DNA of 63,991 nucleotides, the filler included, from Sphacelaria rigidula (lineage: Eukaryota), in the NCBI GenBank assembly GCA_964200075.2. It is 3 parts of 3 records of this genome, joined end to end, with 100 filler letters (N's around TTAATTAATTAA, not from the genome) between each part and the next. Parts side by side here need not be neighbours in the genome. Positions count along the whole stretch, not along the records: positions 21,405 to 42,702 come from CAXNAA020000440.1; positions 42,803 to 63,991 come from CAXNAA020000455.1; 1 more part is not named here. The stretch is one strand, 5' to 3'. Each line of letters opens with the position of its first letter. Within the stretch, counting starts at the first letter, position 1. The position numbers and the translations under genes are program-made. The notes under the pieces are model-generated. The model ran no database searches. It saw nothing but the letters and a program-made list of their open reading frames with translations, and was not told where the DNA came from. Positions 39,110 through 52,179 of this stretch are shown here, one piece after another.

Positions 39110-40148
39110 GGCGTGGGGCACGCTGTTGTGGTCGGGCACCCAGAGGGTTAGATGTGGTTAAAACCAATGATGAATAACACCCCCCCCCAGTTCAAATTTA
39201 ACCTATTTGTTGTTGCCGCACCAACGCACTTACTGGCATGTGTGTAACAGAGAACAGTAGTAGCGGTGACGAAAACATTGACCTGTTGTTAAAGGACGTG
39301 TTTTTCAGCGCACGGAGGCGCGTCCTGTCCAGAAGGAGAGGCAGAGAAAAATCGATCTTCGCAGTGGTGAGCTCGACAGGCAAGAAGAGACGAACTCTCT
39401 CCGCACCTCGAACAATATATTCGTGAGATTGAGAGTAGCGGATCGGATTGAGAGTTGGAGTTCATTCAAAATGTGGGTAAGGCGTGCAGTTCCGATTAGT
39501 GGGCGAAAGGCTTAGGCAGGATGATGAACAATATTATCGTGAGATCAAAAGTACAAGATATGACTGAGAGTGCGATTTTACTCGAAACACGAGACATGTC
39601 TTCCCGGTTGATGGGCGAAAAGCCTGGGTTGGACGTTCAAGATGTTGATGTCTGGCTCATCATGTAACTGTCGTGAGATGAGAGCAGCTGTGATTCTCAC
39701 GTGACAGTGTTCCGTGTTGGAAGTCACTGTTGTTTCGGACGACTGCGTACCGTTGGCCGGCGGGGAATGTTCAGTGTGAGGTGTTGAATCACCATCGATC
39801 TGAAAGTACGCACGAACAAGATGGACTGCTCTCGCGCCGAGGCTCACGGTTTCGACTTTGCGGAAACATATCTTCAGACAGCGTAATATGATGAAAAATA
39901 CGCTGATGGAAGCACTCCGACGGCACATCTTCTGGACATCAGGCGGGCAATCTTTCTTCCAGGGCGAGAGTCGGGAAACTCTACATATGTCACCTGGTTC
40001 AGTATTATTCCGTCACAGGTATTTTCATCAGCCGCTGCCAAAGAACAGTGTACGAGCCCACGAGTGGTTTACAGAATTGATGACAAACCTTCCGTGCCAA
40101 AAAAAGCACATTCATCCCCACGTGTCGGAACGAACAGCACACACCAAT

Positions 40149-40566
40149 AACACCCAATTCGTGAGATTCAGAGCGTAGTTTCAGATTCAGAGTGAATGCT
40201 CTCGCGTTCTCAACAGGCAAATTTTCTCTTGTTTTTTTGCTTGAGCACACGTCGTGCTGTGCATGCAGCTACCGCACAAAGCATTTTACGCCTGGAGGGG
40301 CATTTCGGAACTGAAACTGTTTCAGGCACTTATCGATTTGTCCTTAAAGAGGGGATTTTTTTATGCAGTGGACGGACTACTTCGTTGCGATCAAGTGATG
40401 TGTCAAATTGATCGTGTAGGTGACAGCTTTCATTGAAGCCACCGCTTCACCTCCTGGGCGCATTACTCCTCTAACTGTGGCCATGTCAAAATCGACGGGA
40501 AAATCAATTCTTTCGGGTCTCACTCTGAATCTGAAACTATGCTCTGAATCTCACGAATATGGTGTT
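40149..40566. mobile_element. MITE with ~45-bp inverted ends
   Basis: aacacccaattcgtgagattcagagcgtagtttcagattcagagtga ... tcactctgaatctgaaactatgctctgaatctcacgaatatggtgtt. Confidence 0.75.
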
Positions 40567-41269
40567 CAATCACAACATTGGTACAGGAAAAAACGTACCC
40601 GATAAGCAAAACAGCTGCACACGAATTTTGACCACTCAACAGTGTAGATGGTGCTGAGGGCCTGTCTTACGGCCCGTCTTAGCACATCAGTTCTCGATCG
40701 AAATTGTGCGGTGGAAAACGAAAATCCCTATCTGATAGGCTGTGATTTCAACCGTCTTCAAAATTTTCGACAATGGTTGATATTATGGCCCATCAGATCG
40801 GAATTTTTGTTTTCCACCGCATGATTTTGATAGAAAACTGATGTGCCAAGACAGACAGTTTGGTTTCCACTGTACCTCTCCGACCGAAAAATGATGTGCC
40901 AAGAGGTGGACTGAGCGAACGAGCACGCTGACAGCAAATAACGGTACGACAGACACCAGACACCAGGTAACGATCGACTGTTCGTGACTACGGCTTGTCT
41001 CCCCCGTCTACATCCCGCTCCTCTTCGCGTCCCGAGGCCTGTACACACCCAGCATTTGCCGCATTCGCATAGCTGAGGTAGTCTCGTCGAACGTGGTGGC
41101 CGGCTGAACTCATTTAGGTGATCTTCCCGTTCACCTCCTCCTCCAACACGGTGCCTAACGTTAACCCTTCGGGGACTTAACCCTCAGGGGGTGCTGATTT
41201 TCGTTGTGAATCGGCATCATTTTCAGGTTTGATGCCGATTCACAAAGATTCACGAAACAGAAAACAGCA

Positions 41270-41750
41270 CTTGAGTTCCCAAAGCTATATGCAAACTACC
41301 GACCGTGTGCTTTTCCACGTCCATCGTGCGTCGGGCTCGAAGGAGGGAGTCTCGCACGTCCTGTGTACGAAACCGCAACAAAAAAAGTCGGGGGCGGCGG
41401 TGGACGACACGGGTTACCGGGGGAGTCACGGTGGTCGACTACAATCGGGGTTCGGATCCTCCGACACGGTTCCCACGGAAGACTTGCGCAAGAAGAAAAA
41501 GCCGCATCCCAGAGGGCATACGGTCACACAGTAACAGGAATCGAAAGAGAGGCGTTCGAACCCAATATGCTGTGGGATGGGAAATACCTTATCTGAATAA
41601 GGGCAATTTTCCCCTGTGACGTGAAGGATCCACGATATACACCCCAACATGTTCACGGTACCAGTACACGATGCAGCTGGCGACATGCAGATGGGACAGT
41701 TCGGACGTTCACCAATGCAGTAGTGTCAGGAGGAAGGAAGATAGAGAGGC
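41270..41750 (+). pseudogene. Possible decayed Ty3/gypsy integrase C-terminus / chromodomain
   Basis: PEGIRSHSNRNRKRGVRTQYAVGWEIPY resembles a chromodomain (E.I..HR.....QYLVKW.GY). An FHV motif lies upstream in another frame and a purine tract lies downstream near 41728. Frameshifted. Confidence 0.35.
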
Positions 41751-42702
41751 GTCATCTGTCCTTTCAGACAGTTTTGGGGCAGGTTGGCTTACAGATCATC
41801 CGATCTGTCCATGGGAATACTCTCATCGTTCTGGGAAAGGTTGGCGTACAGACTTGTGTACCCTAGTCCCAAGGAGAAGGAACGCCTTCTCGGGCCTAGA
41901 TCAGATAGGTTGCGTCGCATGCATCCTCGGTCACTATCTGAGCTGCCCTCCGAGTTGGATCATCTGCTCCTACTGTTTACCTTATGTGAGAACAGTACGC
42001 TAGGCGAGCAAGAGAATAATAAGCGAGAATTACAAGATATCAACCCTTCGAGCTCCCTTTGTTTGTTTGCTACTGTTGACCATCAGTCACGTAAACCTGT
42101 GTGTGGAAACACATATCTCTCGGACACATCATTGTACCTTGTGCATAGCTTGCAGCACATTGATCTATCGAGGAAGATTATTAGCCGTTCACTCGTATTC
42201 TTGTAGCCTCTTTGCCTTGTTTAGCTGTCTCTTTCTGTAGCCCACGTTTGCTACTCGTCACTTTTGGTTCACCCTGTAATTTTCCTCTTTTTAGTAGCGG
42301 TTTCAACAGTACTCGGGTTTCGTTTAGCGTTTAGAGTGCTTTCTTTTTTGCCGTGTTATAGTGCTGTCTTTCTGCATCCCTTCAGTTGCATTTCCGCCGC
42401 AGCAACCACAATTGCACCTCCACCGCTGGCACACTCTGTCTTTTGTCCTTCTCTTGCTTTGGTTGCTCCTTTTGCTGAGCTTGCACTCCTAATCTGTAGT
42501 GTCCTTGCTCCCTTGTCATTGTCCTCCTGCTCCGCATCGCTCGACGAATACGTCCAGCGCTGTGTCACATTGCTCGTTGTGCCCTTGCAGGCAATTGACG
42601 ACACTTTCTACGATAGCCCCCCCCCAAAACCAGCTGAAATTTCAACCGAATAAATGGCCATCAAACGCCGGATCGACGGGGTCAGACCGCATGAAGCGGC
42701 TC

Positions 42703-42802
42703 NNNNNNNNNNNNNNNNNNNNNNNNNNNNNNNNNNNNNNNNNNNNTTAATTAATTAANNNNNNNNNNNNNNNNNNNNNNNNNNNNNNNNNNNNNNNNNN
42801 NN
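42703..42802. other. Assembly gap with TTAATTAATTAA linker
   Basis: N-run with embedded linker. Confidence 0.95.
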
Positions 42803-43020
42803 ACTTGAAGCGAATGATCAAAGCCACTCTCGATCGTATCATCTACTCTCAATCTCACGAAAACACTCTTAAACGTGCCCCACAGGGTGCTATCTGTCCA
42901 CGTGGGCATCCATTGTTCATTACCAGAACCGTTCCGGGTCCAACTCTAAATCTTGAGGTGAGGATGGGCCTGCAAACTACAGATGAATGTGTTATCTTTT
43001 TTTGTTCCGAAAGCACCAGG

Positions 43021-43453
43021 ATATAACACGGGATCTTACAAATTGGGGATGGATATTTTATTGGGGATGAGAAACCCGGAGAATTAAAATCGTATTATCC
43101 ACACCAAATCTTCGAAGTCTGGTTCCATTTCTTCATCTACTGATGGCTTTTGACAACTGCTACACGCCATAGAAATTCGCATTTCGATCACCGAAATGTT
43201 GGGGTCCTAGGTGAAGAAACAATTTCGGAACCATTTTGGCGTCCGTTCGCACACCCCGAATTTCCCGAAATTGTTTTTCACCTAGGACCTCAACATTTCG
43301 GTGATCCAAATCCAATTCTTCAGGGCGTGTAGCAGTACTCAAAAGCTATTAGTAGGTGAAGAAATGGCACCATGTTTCGAAGATTTGGTGTAGATACAAA
43401 GATTTTTATTCTCCGGGTTTCTCATCCCCAATTTGTGAGATCCCGTGTTATAT
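43021..43453. mobile_element. Foldback (near-palindromic) MITE
   Basis: atataacacgggatcttacaaattggggatg ... catccccaatttgtgagatcccgtgttatat, with arms of about 200 bp. Confidence 0.85.
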
Positions 43454-44514
43454 GCCCTTTTTTGTCTATTGCCCTAGACACAAGGAACGGCTGAAAAAAA
43501 GAACCTACGTCATGTCAAACAAACCTGTGGTACACAGAGCATAACGGAATGAACTTGTGGGAGATTCTGGTGGTTCCTACTCTGAAAGCGTCCATCGTGT
43601 CAGCTAGACGACAAAAAGGGTGCATATCGTGAAATTGTGGTCTTGCGATTTTTCTTGTATTACACTCTGTATACTATCATTGTTTTATATACCTCAAGTT
43701 CGTTTTGAATGTTCGTCGTGTACATCCTCAAGAAGGAATCTTACGGAAAGCACAGGACTAAGTGAAACTCCATCTCCACGTCAAGCACTTGTAACGTACA
43801 AAACGACGAGGTTCCCACATGACTTATCTCGCAACTCTAGTATCATAGACTTCCCCTTCGAGCTATGGTTTCGCATTATGCCTGAATCTCAATGCTTCGA
43901 CGTCCACGGCGTCTCGCCACTGAATCACACCATTACTCTTCACCTCTGCCCACACTTTGAGGTTATGATTTTTTTCCCGTCCATGCTTTGACCCATGCTA
44001 ATTATTCCGACCTCTTGTTCGCTTACCGGCCCGCGGGTTCATGAATGGTTCCGCCGGCGTGAAAGTTACCGCCAGAAGGACATGGGCAGTGACAGAGCAA
44101 GACATGAAATGCGATAAAACCAAATCGTGGTCCAATAAGCGAGTGAGAGCGGTTTACGTGGTTGGTGGAGACGGGTGAACGTTTTTCTTATCGAATAGCA
44201 GATGCACAGCTGCATTGTTCCCCTACTCTCTCACCACTCGTTTGATCACCCATGACGGTACCCACGTGTCACGACACAACACCGAAGCTGCCTGCATGGG
44301 CCTATAATGCCTCTGCGTATAGGCTACTGCTCTACCAGAACGATGAGCTATCATGCAGAACCCACCACGTCGATTTTCATACAATATCCATACTTCAGCT
44401 AACCCTCAACAGTGTGCAATCGGATGCTGCTTCGCTCCCCTGCCCATACTATTCCCCATTCTAAGGGGACCAATTTCTTCACAAAAGACATAATGGCTAC
44501 TGTAGCGAATCGTC

Positions 44515-47500
44515 CTATAGGGAAAAGTCACTCTCTGCGTCTTCCCCCCAGTCTTCTTCGTAATCCGTCAGGTTCCCATGATCCCAGTCACCGTCCAGCA
44601 GGCCAAGTTCCTCCTCTTCATCAGCTCGCGCAGTACTGTCTTCGACCTCTTCACCGTACAGATCAAGCTTTATCACTATCACCTCACAGCCACTCGGTAT
44701 CTTGCCCGTAGAGTTACCCAGACCGTGAGTATCCACTAGGTAAAGACGCTTGAGAGTGGACGGCCATACGACGCCTGGAAATCCATACGAGACAGGGGAG
44801 GGGGGGAGGGCTGATGGTCTCGCATGCCGCAGTGATATGACCAATGACCTCGCATCCCTACAAAGCCAGGACGGAGCACGCCGGGTTTTCGCCTGGCCAG
44901 GCTCGCAATCGGTCACCGAGCGCAAATCGCCGTGATGTGTTCCGCGATTCACATGAAGGATGAGCTACATCCTGCCAAGATTGTTCGGCCCAAAGCGACT
45001 GATAATCTTGCATATGCCAGGGGGGACTGACACACACAAACCTATTCCCGTACACTTGGCAGTAAACTGTAGGATTGCGTCAGAGCGGCCAACGTATGGA
45101 AGCATAGGTCGGACAAGAATGTTTACGTGGACTGCGTTGATGTATAGTAGCACAAGGTTGTGCCACGTCACGGTGACGGCAGCGATTGGGCCATTTTGTG
45201 CGCATTTACCCACGTGTCTACAGCATACGACAAAGCTCGCAGGGGTATGCTGATGATTAAATCCACGCTACTTTTAAATGGTCCTTGATCTTCCATGTGG
45301 GAAACATAGGAATGAAGCTGGCTCAGATCGCACTCAAAAAGAATGTTCATGAACCCCAGCTACGGTACGCATCATGCTTTGCTTCCCTGAACCAGGTTCT
45401 CTCGCGTATGCACCGGGCATCACCACGAGCAGTGACTACGCTGCCTATACCGCAAGCTAAACAAAAATATCCTACATACCGCATGAGACCTTCATCTTCC
45501 CGCGAATGTGAAACGAAGCACCACACACGGCGAACGTTTCGCTTCGTGTACGAATATCCGAGTAAACATGCCGACACACTTCTCACGAGCAAATAGCGAT
45601 GCTCGAGTTTGCTCTCGAACGCTCCGACCACACCGGTACAGCGCAGTGGTGCACCCGGGATGGGTTGGCATAGTGAGAAGCCACGATCACCCGCCTTGTT
45701 GCTAAACCTGTCTTGTTATGGGTGACGTCGACCATTGTGGAAGTCTTTCAAACGTCGGACGTATCATTTTCTATAGGATGCGGGTCATACAGCTCAAGTG
45801 TGAACACACCTGCGTACCCGATTCGGGTGATACGGTTCAACTAGTTATGGAACGGTCCTCGTGATCCGGATATCATCGATCAGGAGGGAGGTATCTTGTA
45901 CGGGTTATAAGGATACACAGGTTCTTCTTGACGCTTCGTGTACACCTGATTCGGATTACACAGGTGTGGCCAAGATCATGTACGAATACTCGGGTCATAC
46001 AGATCATCATCAGACATATATGTACGAATCACACGGGTAATACAGATCATCATCAGATGGATATGTGCGAATCGTACGGGTAGTACAGGTCATCATCATG
46101 CAGATATGTACGAACCGCACGGGTCATATAGGTCATCATCGGACTAGCGCCAATAAATATACGTACAGTCAACATACGGACTTGTGAACATGCACTTTGT
46201 ACCAGGGCCTTACGGGTTGGCAGGTGAGGATTACTGGATATTGTTTTTTGTATACTTCATTTGGATGCGCCGACAGTGCACATCTTCAGAAAAAATATGC
46301 AGCTCTACCGTGGAACGACCCGGAATAAAATATCCATACTTCATGTTCCATATGCCCGGGTTGCTACAGCCAACATACGGACTTGTGAGCATGCACATTG
46401 TAAGAGGGCCAGGTTAGCAGGTGAGGATTACTGAATACTGTTTGTTGTGTACTTCATTCGGATGCGCCGACAGTGCACATCTTCGGAGACCATTTGCGGC
46501 CCTACCATGAAACCACTTGGAATAAAATATCCGTCCTTCATTTTCCATTTGCCCGGGTTGCTACAACCAACGTCCGGACTTGTGAACACGCGTTGTACCT
46601 GGGCCATACACGTGAACAGGTGAGGGAGCTGAATATTGTTGTTTTCTTGAATACTTGATCCGGATCTCACGGGTGCGGTAAAGGGTAACTTGTACACTAG
46701 ATTCGGACCCCACAGGTGAGGGGTAGCTTTTGGTGTACATGAGATTCGAATCGCACGGGTCGACGAAAAGCTACTGCGCTTCCCTGACTCGAGTGATATA
46801 TATCACAATTATGTGAGTTGTACAGATGGCACGGGTCTGCAGATCAGCTGTACAGAAAAGTGTGTGTGTGGAGCGAGTCATACAGCTCGTCGCCCGGCAA
46901 ACGTGCACGGGTCAAGCGGTTCCTACGGATCAGCATCGGACAAATGTGTACGAGTGACAGCTCACCCCGGACGGATCATGATTTATGCCTCAAATGAGCT
47001 GACCCGGATCTGTGACGAGCTGATCCGTCCGACGTGTGAAGTCTTTCTATTATTCGAGTTGCAAGGAGCCCAAAACACCTTCTGTAGGTTGGATCCAAAC
47101 AATGAGGTCGAGTTGCAAACTTTCTGTCGGCGTTCCACATGCAGCTACGAAATATGCGGAAAACGGCGGGGCATATTATTCATCAACCAATACGGCCCCC
47201 GGCCCCATCCCGAAACTAGCTGTACTCTGTGGCGACAACATCACAACCGCCTGGTGTTATCATGATCATCTCCAAGAAAGGCGAAGCCACACCTGCTGTG
47301 CAATATAGCCGTCGTGTGAACAGGTCTGGGACTGTGGGCGCATTGAACTGCGTGAACACGAGCAGAAGTGCTCATTTTCGAGGGTGATCCCAACGCACCC
47401 TTTCATCCTTTCACGATAACATGACCCACCTTGCAAAAATGAGCGCTGAAACTGCTGACCAAAGCCAACCTCGCGGAGTTGGCTCGGCCAGTCTACGTCT

Positions 47501-48411
47501 TCCACATCCTGATTGAAACCATCCGAGAGCCACAACGTTCGCAACCCTGGGGGTAAGTAGGTCTCCGCGCCGGCGATTGGGGAATTGAATAAAGGGGGTG
47601 CAACACCGAGGGGCACAGTATAAATGCCCCGTTTGCGTTCATTGATATCACTCCTTTGCAAAAATTCGAGCGTCTCAAGGCCGGCCGGCCAGCGCGCGCC
47701 CTCAATCGGCTGGGTGAACGCAGGCATCGACAGCTTCTCCAGCCCAGGGGGCCACTCCACATTTGCTATGGATCCGTCGAACGTGAGCCCGAGATACAGC
47801 TCGCGTAGTCCAGCGGGCCACCAGGGTGCCATCCCAACGATGGAATGTTTTACCCACGGGATGGTGAACGCGTCGCCGAAGCTCAGGCGTGTAAGAGTCG
47901 TTGGCAAGGAGATATCTATCAAAGGCACGCTCAACTTGGTCAGATGTATGCACTGCACTCCCACCGGCCATTTGGGTGTACACCTTAACAGGTCCCCGTA
48001 ATTCCACTCAAGATCCAATGACGAAATCCTCCTGTATGGCAGCACTCGCGAGCTGTTAGTTGTACTCGCGCCACTGCTGCTTCTGGCGCCAGCCGTGGAT
48101 GCAGTCACAGGAAGGGCGGAAGGCGACTCGGGACATAGCGTGGGGTGCACAAGCGAATGGGGGGTTCTGCAGCAGACCCTGAGGAATGGCAGCGAAACAC
48201 CGTCACGGAATGCGTTGCAGAGGGCGAGGCACGTGGCATGCATCTCATTGCCTCTGTCCTCCGTGAAGATACTTGAGACCACTGCGACCTGGAGGGCGTT
48301 CATTGTTACATGATGTTGCGGGGGTGGCCGTGGTGATACCGGCGGTTCCTTTTGGCTGGAGGGACCAGGCAAGGTCTGCTTGTAGTTCAAGGCCGCAGAT
48401 TTACGAGACAT
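44515..48411 (-). CDS. FNIP-repeat (LRR-like) protein, 2 exons, 413 aa, acidic C-terminal tail
   Basis: Exon 48411-47430 (caag|gtgggt) joins exon 44774-44515 (ttccag|gc), both phase 1, giving ...FGQQFQRSFLQGVVWPSTLKRLYL... Repeats: FDGSIANVEWPPGLEKL, FTQPIEGARWPAGLETLEF, FNSPIAGAETYLPPGLRTLWL, FNQDVEDVDWPSQLREVGFG. Confidence 0.82.
45979..46143. repeat. Degenerate minisatellite, ~43 bp x4 (intronic)
   Basis: tgtacgaat.ac.cgggt.atacagatcatcatcaga..tata units. Confidence 0.8.
46170..46655. repeat. Tandem repeat, ~200 bp x2.4 (intronic)
   Basis: Units start at 46170, 46371 and 46568 (caacatacggacttgtgaacatgc...). Confidence 0.85.
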
Positions 48412-48704
48412 CAGTTCAGCGGGAGGGAGGGCAGGGGCGGATCATCGACACCTTGAGTTCCTGACGATAGTTGCGAATTTACATTTTATACACTAGACTC
48501 CATGGGATATAGTCTACTGTCGGCATGTGTTGACTACTGATGGTGATGCCCCCGAAGACGCGGGAGGCACTGTTGGAACGTATCTATCCTACCATACCGA
48601 TTATGACCCCCCCCGCTACCCATCCCCTCCCCGAACATTCTCAGCGGAAAGGGGGTGCTACCCGATGTGTTAGTCATATTGCGACCAGACAACAGTGCAC
48701 GGTC

Positions 48705-48908
48705 AGGGCGAATCATCACGACTACGAATCACCAAATCTACGATTTCTTCGGCCTGATTGCCTAGAAGGGAGAAAAAAATTGACGGCTGGTCCAAGGGGT
48801 ATCCACGCAAGTTTTGCGCCATTCCACGTGTCATGGCTGCGTGTACCTGGGTTGCAACGCTAAAAACAAAGCCTAGGGATTGATTCGTACGATTCGAATC
48901 AAGTATAC
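48705..48908. repeat. Dispersed repeat, inverted homolog of 61189-61392
   Basis: About 200 bp of clear reverse-complement similarity (ctggtccaaggggtatccacgcaa...ctgggttgcaacgct). Confidence 0.85.
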
Positions 48909-49729
48909 TGAAACCAAGTAACTCCCAGACGAATTGTTATTTGTCCGACCCTTGCAACAGTGAATCCGAACGCATGACCGGTACAAATAGAAACCCTGCA
49001 TCCTACCCTAAATAGCATGTCTCTTGTTTCCATATTGGGACTACAGACACCCCCAGGAAGAGACTGCTTTACCCCTCCCAAAGCACGCGCTGGGGGTATA
49101 ATCTACCGCCAGGGCCACTTAAATATGAAGGGCGATGCCCCTGAACACGCGAGTGGTCACTAGAGCGTACACATAGCCTACTCGCTGATTTGAGACCACC
49201 CTTCCCCTTGACGGGCGGACTAGAACTGATAGTTACCATCAATACATGGGAATCTTCACAGTGTACTCCTAGGATAGTCAGGGGCACCAACGTTCATTCG
49301 TGACAGGCCAAAATGGTGGATACCACCCCCAGGGGGTTGTCCTATGCCTGGAAACACCATGGGCCTGCAGTAGTCAGCGTCAGTGGCCACTTAAACACGC
49401 AGGTAATTTCTCGGCATCTCAAAAAAAATTCCAAATTTGTTTCGCTTGCCACCGCTCATCACAGTGACTGTTGGATGCCAAAAAATGGGCATCTCGAGAT
49501 ATTTTTATCCTCTTGACAAATTTTGAAAGAAAAAATATCGGCGATAAAAATTGAGTGATCTACGGGCTTTACCGATCTTCGGGGGTTCTGCGAAAGTGCA
49601 ACCCCAGGTTCTAGCTTTTCGATTTTCTCGGTGGACCGACTCGATCCCGATCATATAAGCGAAGACTCATTTTTTTTTTTTTAATTCCACCAATTCACTG
49701 CGCCGGGAAACTATGTTTCTTGGACCATT

Positions 49730-50185
49730 CACGGTCAATAACACCCTCCTGATAAACGGAGTATTTACTCCGTATTGCCCCCACAACACCAAGTTGGGGC
49801 ATTGTGATTTGAGCACGGTCTGCTTATTTTGCCGAAACTATCGACGCTAGCACTTTCGAGTGCTCATGGAAAATGTTATGCGAAAAAAAAACGAAAAGAG
49901 GCCATCCGCAGAAAATGCTAGACTGAGGTCTGCGCAGTATTGGGGAGAGAGACGATCTCGATCGTTATTGTGAAGAATTTTATACGCATTCATTTATCTG
50001 AATATTTACCGTTTCGGTGCGGAAGAGCCGGGAAACTGTTTATATTCGACCCAAAACGGTCAATAACACCCTCCTGGTAAACGGGGTGTCTAGTCCGTAG
50101 CGCCCCAAAAGCACCGACTTGGGCACTGCAGTTTGAGCGCAGCCTACGCTTTCCCCTAAATCTACCGGCGCTAACACTTTCAAGT
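49730..50185. repeat. Diverged direct repeat, ~130 bp x2
   Basis: acggtcaataacaccctcctg.taaacgg... at about 49731 and about 50056. Confidence 0.75.
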
Positions 50186-51749
50186 AGTAACGAAGAATAG
50201 TACTCGAGAAAAACTCAAGAACTACAACAACTACGAATTCTGAAAACTTCTGATGCTGACTGCTTGAACTCATGTGAGACTTAACCAATGCTTACAAGGT
50301 GTTTTCCCAAGAGTCGTACGTGCCACGCACTAAACATTCGACTCTTGATGAGGTCCTGAATATACTGAAACAACCGGACAAAAGCGGAGTAATACTCGCC
50401 TGCATGCTGATGTACAATGAATCAATCGATATCCGTCGGTCCAAGTGCTAAAACCTAACTTGGCGTTTGCGAAGCCAGACTTTACCTACTTGGGACGCAA
50501 GTTTTTCCTATCCCTACTATTTCGATAGTGTAGATATGATTCCCGGGTTGCCGATTTCATTACCTGTCTTGTACACTCCGAATTAGTAATCTAGAAAAGT
50601 GGCGATTTTCCAGCGAAGAGAGAGTTAATTTTTAGAAAAGGAACCGGCAATTCGGTGTCTGCGCCAAATTTTCACGGGGAATACGTTCCCCTCCTCTGTT
50701 TTATTCAGGACGAGACTTTGGCTGTGACCGCGGGAGTGCTCCCATGGAATTGCAACATCAACCTTCCATCAGTCAATGTTTTATGAAAAAAAGGAGTGAA
50801 GCATGAAACCCCACGCCCCCTTATCGTGTAATGAAGCTTGTACATCACTTGTGGAGAAAGACCGAGGCCTTCATTCTTCATGGGAAACACCACTTGATAA
50901 AATGGATCCGCTCGGTATTGGAATAAAATTGTGTTCGACTTCAGTAGGTGGGAACGAAGGTGAACGAACGACCGGAATCTTCATGAGCACCATTCCTGCA
51001 CTGGGAAACAAAGAAACGAGGACAAAATAAAACCAAGCAGGACATGGAAAGGAAAGGGATGGAAAACAACTATAAAAATAAAATGAAATGAGCAAAAAAA
51101 GTACTAGAAGAGACCGGCCCCTGCAGCATGACTTCAGGTCGTTTCTAACAGCACTTTTGGAATTATTGGTGATTGAAAATTCGGAACATTTTTCCGGTAC
51201 AAAATTATCGACAACTCGTTGAAGAAAAGAATAAATCAAGGGGGGACAATAGGGTCTTCATAATATACCTCATGCATATCGTGCCAAAATTCTGTGGGAA
51301 AACACTTGAAATTGAACAGCATAACCGCGGTTCATTTTTTTGTGGCAGGTCCATCTCCACGTGGGACTCAGTCTTCGACACGAACACGCTATGATGCACC
51401 TCAATTTGGGTCGTTTTCAATGAAATTTTGACACGATGTTCACGACGTTCGTGCGAAGATCTCATCATCTGCCCCATACACTTTGTTTTTATTCTCCGTG
51501 AGTTATTGGAGACTAAACGTTTCAGAACGGTTTGTTTCGGAACTGAATCGAGCACAACTCCTCACGAGAAAGCAAAAAATGTAGGGGGCAGATGATGGAG
51601 TCTTCGCACGTAACATACGTCCTGTACATCGTGCCAAAATTTCATAGAAAACTGCCCGAAATTGAGCTGTATAATCGCGTGTTCACATCCCTGTCCGCGT
51701 CTTGGGCGGCCCAGGCTGCACCCCCCCTAATTTGGAGTAAGGACGGTGC

Positions 51750-51935
51750 TCCATCTCGATAGGGATGCCTGGTCAATGGTCAAACGACTAAGGCAAGCAA
51801 CAAATAAGTCCCCCCCGCCCCATGTGAGTACGCCCCCTTCCCCCCCACCCACAGTCCGTCTCGGAAGGGATGCGTGGTCAATGGTCAAACGACCAAGGCA
51901 AGCAACGAATGAGTACGCCCCCTCCTCCCATCCCC
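51750..51935 (+). repeat. Dispersed repeat family X, tandem pair
   Basis: gggatgcctggtcaatggtcaaacgactaaggcaagcaac x2. Confidence 0.8.
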
Positions 51936-52179
51936 TAATTCGACAGCGTAGATTCGCTCCTCGGGTTGATTTTTTTCTTCATTACTGCCTTGGATATTCC
52001 AAAGTGACGTTACCAGAGAAGGGCTCATGTCGAAAAGGGCACCTCGGATTCAGTGCCTCCATCCCATTTCCAGTCCGAATATGTTTTTTCTTCTCCATTC
52101 GAGTAAGAATTTTGAGGGCAAAGCCTTAGCCTGGATTATTGTAGAAGTGCCCCATGTGCAAAAATGCACCCATACTGCC

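Noticed and set aside
45979-46143. CRISPR-like array
   Set aside because: The units are contiguous degenerate tandem repeats without unique spacers, there are no cas genes, and the context is a eukaryotic intron.
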